A stretch of DNA of 59,642 bases, counting the filler. It is 10 parts of 10 records of this genome, joined end to end, with 100 filler letters (N's around TTAATTAATTAA, not from the genome) between each part and the next. Parts side by side here need not be neighbours in the genome. Positions count along the whole stretch, not along the records: positions 49,104 to 54,190 come from SRR31156797_100144; positions 54,291 to 59,642 come from SRR31156797_100241; 8 more parts are not named here. One strand, given 5' to 3'. The notes under the pieces were generated by a model, which saw only the letters and a list, made by a program, of their open reading frames with translations, was not told where the DNA came from and searched no databases. Below are positions 51,757 to 59,642 of this stretch, piece after piece; the stretch's first letter is position 1; the number at the start of each line of letters is the position of its first letter. Made by a program: the position numbers and the translations under genes.

Positions 51757-53413
51757 TGACCGCGGATACTGTTTTTACCTCCGGGCCAACCATGGAGAAG
51801 CGAAAAACGATATGCTTATCCCAGTGAGGATCCGTTTCAGAAAAATCCAGCCTCTGATGGCCTCCCCGCGATTCGGTTCGCATCAAAGCCGCTTGCAAAA
51901 TGAGTTTTCCCACTGTCAGCATATTTTCAACTTCCAGCAGTTCGGCCAAACGGCTGAAAGACGGATCGGCGCCAAGAAAAAGGGTGCCGATCTGGTAGTT
52001 TTCAATGGCGTCAAGGGTGTTCAGTGCGTGTCGAAGGCCGTTCTCATGGCGGATGACACCGACCTTCATGCTCATGACGTCCTGAATCCTGGATCGAACT
52101 TCCTTGTAGTGGGTTCCGTTTGTCGCCTTGAACAGATCTGCAATTTGTCTTTTGGCGCCATCCGTCCACTTGTGATTCGGAATTGGGGATTGGATTGCCT
52201 TGGCTCTTTCAGCGGCTGTTTGACCCGCAATTGCGCCGAACACCTGGGTTTCGGTAAGCGCGTTTCCTCCCATGCGATTGGCGCCCTGAACGCCTGCGGC
52301 GACTTCACCGGCGGCGTAGAGTCCCAGCACACCGGTCTGGCAAGCTGAATTCATCACAACTCCTCCCATGCAATGATGTGCAGCCGGAGCCCACTCAAAG
52401 CTTTGGTAGGTTGGATCGAAGCCGGTACTACGACAGGCGCCCATGAATTTTTTTACGCGCTTCAATGTGCTTGATGGAACATCGGACAAATCGCCGTACA
52501 AACCACCATGGGGGGTCTGCCTGCCGGCAATGATTTCCAGCTGCGCGCATCTTGCGATTTCCGCCCGGGTGACGCCTTCCAGTTGATCGGGATGATACCG
52601 CTTCATGTACCTTTCATGGAGCCCGTTGTAAAACCTGCCACCTGCTGAAACGAAGCCGTCAAAAGGCGGCAAACTGCCTTTGAGTCCTTCGGGATGGACA
52701 ATGCATTGCCGCATTTGAACGAATTCCATATGAGACAAAGACGCACCGGCTTTGTAAGCCATGGCCAGGCCATCTCCGGTTGTCCCCTTGCAATTCGAAG
52801 AGAACATGTACATTCTCCCGGCACCACCGGTTGCCAGAATCACACTTTTCGCGTAGATAAAAAGGACGGTTTCCGTTTCGATTTCAAGGCCGACGGCTCC
52901 GACAACCGTTTGTCCCGACTGGATCAGGTCCATGATGGCCACTCGGTCTCGAACATCGATGCTGAGCCTTCGGGTCTCGTCAACCAGGGCTTTCAGCCAA
53001 TCCCCTGAATAGGGGGTCCCTGCCGGCAGCACACGCGACACAGAATTATCGTTGGAGGGCCACAGGCAGATCTCACCTTCTTTCCTCAAATATCGGGCTC
53101 CATATCGCTCCAAATCCAGTGCCCTGTCTCCGGCATAAAGGGCCATCATTTCGACAAGCCCGTGATAATTCAATCCGCCACCCGCCTTCATCGTATCACC
53201 GATGTATTGTTCAGGTGAGTCCTCTTTGCCCAACGGCGCTAGCATGGCGCCGCCCGCCTTGGCTGTATTGCACCCTTGAGGATAGGCACCTTTGGAAACC
53301 ACAAGTACATCGACACGGCTCAACTTGGCGGCAATGGCGGCACGCAGTCCCGCCCCGCCCGCACCGAGGACCAAAACATCGGTGCGGATTGTCTTTTCCT
53401 TGATTTTAATCAT
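51728..53413 (-). CDS. FAD-dependent oxidoreductase, SdhA/FrdA/NadB/TfrA flavoprotein family
   Basis: GAGGAG, ATGGAG, TGDG, AHHCMGG, GANRMGGNAL, RTESRGGHQRLDF. Confidence 0.87.
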   Translation of the reverse strand: MIKIKEKTIRTDVLVLGAGGAGLRAAIAAKLSRVDVLVVSKGAYPQGCNTAKAGGAMLAPLGKEDSPEQYIGDTMKAGGGLNYHGLVEMMALYAGDRALDLERYGARYLRKEGEICLWPSNDNSVSRVLPAGTPYSGDWLKALVDETRRLSIDVRDRVAIMDLIQSGQTVVGAVGLEIETETVLFIYAKSVILATGGAGRMYMFSSNCKGTTGDGLAMAYKAGASLSHMEFVQMRQCIVHPEGLKGSLPPFDGFVSAGGRFYNGLHERYMKRYHPDQLEGVTRAEIARCAQLEIIAGRQTPHGGLYGDLSDVPSSTLKRVKKFMGACRSTGFDPTYQSFEWAPAAHHCMGGVVMNSACQTGVLGLYAAGEVAAGVQGANRMGGNALTETQVFGAIAGQTAAERAKAIQSPIPNHKWTDGAKRQIADLFKATNGTHYKEVRSRIQDVMSMKVGVIRHENGLRHALNTLDAIENYQIGTLFLGADPSFSRLAELLEVENMLTVGKLILQAALMRTESRGGHQRLDFSETDPHWDKHIVFRFSMVGPEVKTVSAVSADCEKGKF

Positions 53414-53420
53414 ATAGGAA

Positions 53421-54190
53421 TTATTCGGCAGGCGGCACCGGCGAAGCGGCTGCGCGGCAAATCAGATCGATAAATTCTTGTAATTCGGTCATGTATGCCA
53501 AGGGATTAATCGGCGCGCGAAAATACCAACGGTTGTAGTTTGAAGCCAACGATCCCATGATCAGATTGCGAAAGACCCGCGTCTCAATTTCAGGACGAAA
53601 GACACCGGCGGCCTTTCCCTCTTCCAGCACCTCACAGAACTTGTCATGATACCTGACGAACATCTCATGGGCTTCATCCTCATAGAAGTACTTTTTCAGC
53701 TTGGTTTCTCTTAAAAAGACGGAAACCAACTCCTCGTCTTCCGCAAAAAGGAGAAAATGCCGCCACATCAACCAGCGCAGCTTTTCAGTTGGATGTTCGA
53801 TGGTGAAGGCATTGTCCAGGACTATTTTAAAGCCCCCGAAATATGCCTTGGTAATGGAAAGCAAAAGGTCTTGCTTATTTTTGAAGTATTCATAGATCGT
53901 ACCTTCGGCAACACCGGCAGACCTGGCCACTTCGGCCATGGTCGATTTTTTATACCCTTTTTCAGCATAAAGCTGTTTGGCCGCCATCAGAATCCGGTTG
54001 TACTTGTCCGGCTTGCCATTGGAAGGATCCGGCTTGGGCTCTTTCATCGTCATGGCGAGAATCAGATTCATAATGGCATCGAAATCGGACAATGTGTCTT
54101 TAGGCCCATCGGGTGCCGCCATCATCAACCCCTCTTGATCCAAAAGCCCTAAAATCGTTGTGCGAGCAAGGGGTATGTTCAGATTCGACC
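53421..54190 (-). CDS. TetR family regulator (probably tandem two-domain), 5' truncated
   Basis: HTH TMAEVARSAGVAEGTIYEYFKNK; frame is open to the contig edge with a preceding TetR-C-like segment (SNLNIPLARTTILG). Confidence 0.82.
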
Positions 54191-54290
54191 NNNNNNNNNN
54201 NNNNNNNNNNNNNNNNNNNNNNNNNNNNNNNNNNTTAATTAATTAANNNNNNNNNNNNNNNNNNNNNNNNNNNNNNNNNNNNNNNNNNNN
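54191..54290. other. artificial contig linker
   Basis: N-run/TTAATTAATTAA/N-run. Confidence 0.97.
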
Positions 54291-54976
54291 TCAAAGATCT
54301 GGAAGGACCAGATCGTCCCGAGGGTAACCACCAGATAGCTCACCGAAGAGAGTCCGGGTATGGTGATATGAAAGAACTGCTGCATTCTGGTCGCGCCATC
54401 CACATCTGCCGCTTCATAGAGGCTTCTGGGGATATCCATGATACCCGCATAGAAAATGACCAGGAAATAGCCCACATTCTTCCAGATGGTTGCCATGCAG
54501 ACGCTGAGAAGGGAACTCTGCTTTCCGCCCAGCCAGTTGACAGGTTCCATACCTGCAAACTCGATCATGGTATTCACAGCTCCCGAGGGGGAAAGCAGGA
54601 TAGACCAGATCGTCCCCACCAGAACAGCCGATGCGATGACCGGGATAAAGAGTGCGCTTTTTACAAAGTTCCCATAGCGTTTTCTGAACTTCCTGGCGAT
54701 CAATGCGGCTAGCGACAGAGAGAGAACCGTCTGCACGGGAACTGTGATAAAAGTAAAGACAATTGTATTTTTCAATGACGCCCAGACATAGGGATCATGT
54801 ATCATTCGCATGTAATTAGCCAGACCGACCCACCGGGCGGGCTGCATGATATTGTATTTGGATAAGCTATACCCCATATTCATAGCTATGGGGATAAGAG
54901 AGAATATGCTGATCAGAACAAGACTGGGGAGGATATAGAGTAAGGCCCCAACGGTTTCTGAAGTACGTTTCTTCAT
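54291..54976 (-). CDS. carbohydrate ABC transporter permease, 3' truncated
   Basis: WVGLANY, IWKNVGY, EAA loop LYEAADVDGA..FFHITIP. Confidence 0.9.
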
Positions 54977-55002
54977 TTTATAATTCCTAGTAAGGGGGGG
55001 AT

Positions 55003-55037
55003 ATCCGTCAGCGGTACCCGGGGCACCGCTGACGGAT
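55003..55037. other. intercistronic stem-loop (mRNA-stabilising or partial terminator)
   Basis: ATCCGTCAGCGGT/ACCGCTGACGGAT perfect 13-bp stem between the binding-protein and permease genes. Confidence 0.6.
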
Positions 55038-55067
55038 CAGGATCTCATTTCAAATGATCAAAGGGAA

Positions 55068-56336
55068 TCAAGAGCCGAGAATGCTCTTGGAGTAATCTAC
55101 GGTATTGCTGATCGCCTCTTCGGGAGAAAGCTCTCCCAGCATCATCAGCTGAAGGTTCTTGTACAGAACATCCATGACCTTGAAAGAACCCTCTGCGACG
55201 GGAAGGGTGTGGAAGTCGGCGGAACCGTTCTCATACATATCCTTGAAGACGGGATTGTCATTGTAGGGTTCATCCAGGGTGATGGGAGGAAAGGTCGCGA
55301 TTTCCGTATGATAGGCCGCCATAACCTCGGCGCTTGTCATAAACTTCATCAGGGAAGCGGCCAGCTCCTTATCCTTACAGGTGTTGCTCATAATCAGTGA
55401 GTCGGAAGCCACCCAGATGGCCTTCTCTTTGTTCTCAAAACTGGGAATAAACTCCCAATTAATACCTGAGTCGGTCAGCTTGCCGCCGGCTTTGGCATCC
55501 ATGGATGCGATGGCGATATGTCCTGCCATAAACTCATGTCTCAGGCTTAAACCGTCGAGGGCGAGACATTTTTCGGAGAGCACACCGTATTTGAATTTCA
55601 AATCATAGAGGAACTGAGCCGCATCGACAGCAGCGCTGTTGTCCATAAGAGCCACGGCGGAACCGTCTTCATTGTAAATATCTCCTCCCGCCTGCCAGAG
55701 GTAGGGATAGAAGATATTATTAAGAGCACCGATAGCGGGATCGGCCCACTCCTGTGCGAAGGGTATGACATTGCCGAGATTAGCGTCTTTTACCTTGAGA
55801 GCCGTTTCAATCAGCCCTTCCCAGGTTGTAGGCAGTTCGGTAACTCCGGCGGCGGCAAGAAGATCCATATTGAAATAGGGAATACGGGCGTTTCCTACGA
55901 TAAAGGGAAGCGCGTACTGTCCTCCCTTCATATTTCCCTTGTTGTAATAAAGGTAGTTTGCTTTCTCTTCTTCACTGAAGTACTGGTCAATGTCAGCAAG
56001 AGTGTTCATCTCGATAAAATCGTTAAACATCTCAAGGTACATGTAGCCCACATCGGGTCCCTGACCGGAAGCAAAACCGGTAAGATACTTCTCCTCGTAA
56101 CCGCCCCAGGGGGTGATCTCAATATTCACTTTTGCATTGTTGGCCTCGGCCCAGGGAGCGATGGCATTGGTCCAGAACTCCTGATCCAGTGAATCGCCTG
56201 TACCGAAGGGGGGCATCCACAGAAGCAGCTCTGTTTTTTTACCGGCATCGGAAGATCCGCCTTCGGTCTGACCGGATGCAAATACGGATAATCCGACAAC
56301 CGCGACCAACAGGATAAGGAATATACTCTTTTTCAT
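55068..56336 (-). CDS. sugar ABC transporter substrate-binding protein (spirochaete-type N-terminus)
   Basis: SVFASGQTE signal, GQGPDV, YALPF, PTTWE, WQAGG motifs. Confidence 0.88.
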   Translation of the reverse strand: MKKSIFLILLVAVVGLSVFASGQTEGGSSDAGKKTELLLWMPPFGTGDSLDQEFWTNAIAPWAEANNAKVNIEITPWGGYEEKYLTGFASGQGPDVGYMYLEMFNDFIEMNTLADIDQYFSEEEKANYLYYNKGNMKGGQYALPFIVGNARIPYFNMDLLAAAGVTELPTTWEGLIETALKVKDANLGNVIPFAQEWADPAIGALNNIFYPYLWQAGGDIYNEDGSAVALMDNSAAVDAAQFLYDLKFKYGVLSEKCLALDGLSLRHEFMAGHIAIASMDAKAGGKLTDSGINWEFIPSFENKEKAIWVASDSLIMSNTCKDKELAASLMKFMTSAEVMAAYHTEIATFPPITLDEPYNDNPVFKDMYENGSADFHTLPVAEGSFKVMDVLYKNLQLMMLGELSPEEAISNTVDYSKSILGS

Positions 56337-56617
56337 TTGTTTCTCCTCATAGGATTGTTAAACTATTCATATAAGCGTATATCCCTTTCCGTTATCCGTA
56401 TATAACCAAGTTTTTCGGTATAATTATACAACAAAACGGTATTTCTTAACCTTTTTTTGAGAATGACTCACTGGGAATAAACAATTTTATCTCTCGATTA
56501 ACTATTTTTCAGCAGCCATAGCGAGAAGAGTCTGAAAAGCTTACTGTTTCAGATAAAAAATAGGCAGTTCGGGAAAATCATCAGAGAACCATAATTTTAC
56601 CGTTTCTACTGAAGCGT

Positions 56618-57613
56618 ATGAAAAACAGTGATAAATCAGTGATCATAGAAGAAATGAATTATATAAGTCAGTTCTCCCGTTCTGGCGTAAAAACAGCCCG
56701 GACCTGAGCTGCGGCGGCGACTTACACACATTCGATGAGAAAGGGAATCTTATTGACGACAGCAAGGGGATATGGCTCCAGGTGCGCTTCACATGGCTCC
56801 TCTCCTGGTTAGCCATGAGCTGTAAAGATCCCGATGAAAAAGAATCACTCTTGAAAGATGCGGCCCTGGGCGCCGGATTCCTGATGAACTTCCCGCCAAG
56901 ACCCTCTCTTCCGCCCCCGACATGCGCTCCCACTCCATGACTATGATCCTGATAAACCTCTATCAGCAGTTCCGCTCCAATACTTTCGATAAGGAAAAGA
57001 AGGAACAGTACAGCCGTCTGATTCACAGACAGATCGAAGAGTTTTTCCCTTTCTTCTACAAGGAGGAACACAAAGCCGTTTTGGAGTTCAGTGCATTAGA
57101 CGGAAGCCTTCTGGACAGCCCCGAAGGGCGGGAGATCAATCCGGGACATGCCATAAAGACGGCCTGGTTCATCCTGGAAGAGACCAGACTCAGCAGGAAC
57201 CAGGATCACAGGAACAAGGCACTGAAAATTATCGACTGGTCTCTGGAGTCTGGATGGGATAAAGAGTTCGGAGGACTGATCTCCTTTATCGATATGAAGA
57301 GTCTTCCCTCTCTGCATGTGGAATGGGATATGAAATACTGGTGGCCCCATACGGAAGCTCTCTACGCCCTCCTGCTGGCCTATAACATTACAAAAGACGT
57401 GAAATATGCCAGCTGGTACGAAAAGATGGCGGAGTATACATTCAGCCATTTTGCCGATCCCGATCCCAATCCCGAAAACGGAAGAGAATGGTACGGTTAT
57501 CTCCACAGAGACGCCCCCCCTTCTCCACTCTGAAGGGCAATATGTGGAAAGGCCCCTTCCATATTCCCCGCAGCCTGAAGAAGTGCCTGGATCTGCTGGA
57601 AGAGATGGATTGA
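56618..57613 (+). pseudogene. AGE family (N-acylglucosamine 2-epimerase) pseudogene
   Basis: VLPFWRKNSPD..KGIWLQ, INPGHAIK, GWDKEFGG, KYWWPHTEA, EWYGYLHRD and KGPFHIPR lie in different frames; internal segment missing near 56890-56920. Confidence 0.8.
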
Positions 57614-57783
57614 GAGTTCTTGATGAACTGTCAATCATGAGAAGAAAAACACTCGTCGCAAGGTACCTTTCACAGAGAAGAGTTCCCCGGCGACGGGCAG
57701 GAAAAAATCTTTAAAAGAGCGGTTCATGCAGAAAACGAATCTCTGCCAAATACCAATCGTACCAAGATTAACTATGCTATTTC

Positions 57784-59292
57784 TTACTGTCCGGATGCCA
57801 TTTCTTTATTCCCCGACCTTTTGAATAAAGGCGACAACAGGGGTGAAAAGAGAGATAGCAATGCAATAACTAAAAGGGCGAAGCAGATCGGATGCTCCAT
57901 AAAGACCATTATGTTTCCATCACTCATAATGAGAGCCCCTCTGAAATTTGCCTCTGCCAGTTTTCCCAGAATAATTCCGATGATAATGGCGGACATTGAG
58001 AACTCAAGCTTATTCAGGAAATACCCGAATATCCCGAAACCTACCATAACGAATATATCAATCATGGAATTGTTATAGGCGTATGCTCCCACGAAGGTGA
58101 GGCTGAAGATAAGAGGAATCAGAATTTTCTTCGGAACATTTATAACCTTTACGAAAAAACGGATCAATGAGAAGCCGAAGATTCCCATCACGATATTGGC
58201 CATCAACAGGCCGATAAAAAGACTATAAACAGTAGGAAGTTGTTCCTTGAAAAGCAGAGGCCCGGGTTGGATCCCCTGAACCAGCAAGGCTCCCAGCATT
58301 ATGGCGGTAGCACCGTCACCGGGGATTCCCAGAGTCAGCATGGGAATAAATGCCCCCCCTGAAACGGAATTATTCCCAGCCTCAGGCGCACAGATACCTT
58401 CAAGAGCCCCATTGCCGAATTCCTCTTTGTGCCTGGACCACTTCTTAGCCTGGTCATAAGAGATAAAAGATGAAATATCCCCTCCAGTACCCGGTACGCA
58501 CCCAATAAAGGTTCCAATGAATGAGGAACGGACAAGAGTGATAAAAACGGTCTTAAGGTCTTTAAACGTTGGGAAGGACCGGTGTATTTTTACTGATTTT
58601 TTCACCTGTTCTTTACCGTAAGACTCCTCTATGGACAGCAATGCTTGTGAAAAAGCAAACAGCCCTATCAGAATCGGGATAAAAGAGATTCCTCCCAGCA
58701 TGTAGGTCGTTCCGAAGGTAAAGCGAATCAGCCCGCTCATAGCATCGATGCCTATTGTGGATATAAAAAGTCCCAGTATCCCTCCGAGGATTCCCTTGAT
58801 GATCGAGCCGGATGATAAACTTGTTATAATGCTGATTCCGAAAATAGCCAAGGCAAAAAACTCTGGTTTAGAGAACTTCAAAGCAACTTTGGCTAATTGA
58901 GGAGATACAAGCATTAAAGTGATTGCGCTGAAAACGCCCCCGAAGAGAGAACCAAGAGTTGATAGTCCCAAGGCCCTACCGGGCTGATTCTTCTTTATGG
59001 CCAGAGGATAACCGTCCATTGTAGTGGCTGCGGAGGCAGGTGTTCCTGGAGTATTCAGCAGAATAGCGGATATGGATCCTCCGTAAATCGCTCCACAGTA
59101 AATGCCCATAAGCATGAGGATTCCACCTATCCCGTGAAAAGCAAAGGTGAGGGGAAACAACAATGCGATTCCCATATTCACAGATAATCCCGGCAGTGCT
59201 CCGATAAGAATGCCAATCCCCGTACCGAAGATAAGTCCGATTATATTGATCGGTTGAAAGACCAGGTTCAACGCTTCAACAAAATTAAGCAT
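57784..59292 (-). CDS. tctA: tripartite tricarboxylate transporter large permease
   Basis: GALPGL, YGGSISAILLNTPGTP, DGYP, PEAGNN, LTLGIPG, QPGPLLF. Confidence 0.92.
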   Translation of the reverse strand: MLNFVEALNLVFQPINIIGLIFGTGIGILIGALPGLSVNMGIALLFPLTFAFHGIGGILMLMGIYCGAIYGGSISAILLNTPGTPASAATTMDGYPLAIKKNQPGRALGLSTLGSLFGGVFSAITLMLVSPQLAKVALKFSKPEFFALAIFGISIITSLSSGSIIKGILGGILGLFISTIGIDAMSGLIRFTFGTTYMLGGISFIPILIGLFAFSQALLSIEESYGKEQVKKSVKIHRSFPTFKDLKTVFITLVRSSFIGTFIGCVPGTGGDISSFISYDQAKKWSRHKEEFGNGALEGICAPEAGNNSVSGGAFIPMLTLGIPGDGATAIMLGALLVQGIQPGPLLFKEQLPTVYSLFIGLLMANIVMGIFGFSLIRFFVKVINVPKKILIPLIFSLTFVGAYAYNNSMIDIFVMVGFGIFGYFLNKLEFSMSAIIIGIILGKLAEANFRGALIMSDGNIMVFMEHPICFALLVIALLSLFSPLLSPLFKRSGNKEMASGQ

Positions 59293-59315
59293 ATAATATG
59301 TCCTTAGGAATTCCC

Positions 59316-59642
59316 CTACCGGAGAAAAATCGGCAAGGGTAATGTCGTTTTTAGAATTACAGTAAAGATCAGATACAGAGCAGCTACAATTGATGCGGCA
59401 ACAAGGATCTTCTCCTTACTGCTGTTCACTCCCAATACACCCATCAGTAGATAGACAAACAGGAAAATCGAAGCTATAAATCCCAGCAGATAGGTGCTTA
59501 TGCAGAATAATACTGACAAACCCATCACGACATAGACTTTCTTGTGAGCGTCTGTAGCCAGAGACAGAACTTTGTTTTTTATATCTTTGCTGATAAAATT
59601 CTGAAAGAGCAGGAACACTGAAAGAGAAATCATAATGATTCC
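59316..59642 (-). CDS. tctB: tripartite tricarboxylate transporter small subunit, 5' truncated
   Basis: hydrophobic, LGFIAS, YLIFTVILKTTLP C-terminus; directly upstream of tctA. Confidence 0.7.
   Translation of the reverse strand, partial: GIIMISLSVFLLFQNFISKDIKNKVLSLATDAHKKVYVVMGLSVLFCISTYLLGFIASIFLFVYLLMGVLGVNSSKEKILVAASIVAALYLIFTVILKTTLPLPIFLR

Overview
This window is not one locus. It is ten unrelated contigs (about 5-7 kb each) joined by nine artificial 100-nt linkers (N44-TTAATTAATTAA-N44), so gene context is only meaningful within a contig. (1) 1-7272, Desulfobacterota-like: tandem YkgJ genes with a Rex-like operator, aconitase, TRAP transporter. (2) 7373-13043: PAS sigma54 activator, sigma54 promoter, cholesterol-oxidase-like GMC oxidoreductase, acyl-CoA ligase, and a GGA-loop structured element. 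(3) 13144-19338, methanogenic archaeon (Methanosarcinaceae-like): pylS-pylB-pylC, divergent from a methylamine-permease-like APC gene and the start of a probable corrinoid protein. (4) 19439-24764, Bacteroidota: M81 peptidase, DUF6261-like gene with a degenerate 42-bp repeat array upstream, MFS, HMA protein, TonB receptor end. (5) 24865-30156: PAS protein, PP2C-like phosphatase, ABC transporter. (6) 30257-36719: tRNA-Met, fabD, orphan hicB, ogt, radical SAM, lexA-imuB. (7) 36820-43271: sigma54-driven reductive dehalogenase cluster rdhABC. (8) 43372-49003: Cache/PAS histidine kinase with a degenerate ATP-binding domain, TPR protein, sucC. (9) 49104-54190: corrinoid methyltransferases, DUF1847, flavoprotein, TetR. 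(10) 54291-59642, spirochaete-like: sugar ABC genes, broken AGE epimerase, tctAB. The ORF track misses both top observations. First, a 45-codon ORF (16924-17061) has a strong RBS, one in-frame UAG inside a hairpin, and a UGA stop that overlaps the permease RBS. It lies next to the pyrrolysine operon and is a candidate pyrrolysine-sensing leader peptide; a 41-bp operator is shared with the next gene. Second, an O6-alkylguanine transferase (33616-34149) has its catalytic PCHR cysteine encoded by UGA, followed by a SECIS-like hairpin, i.e. a probable selenoprotein. All family assignments come from motif recognition; no database search was run.
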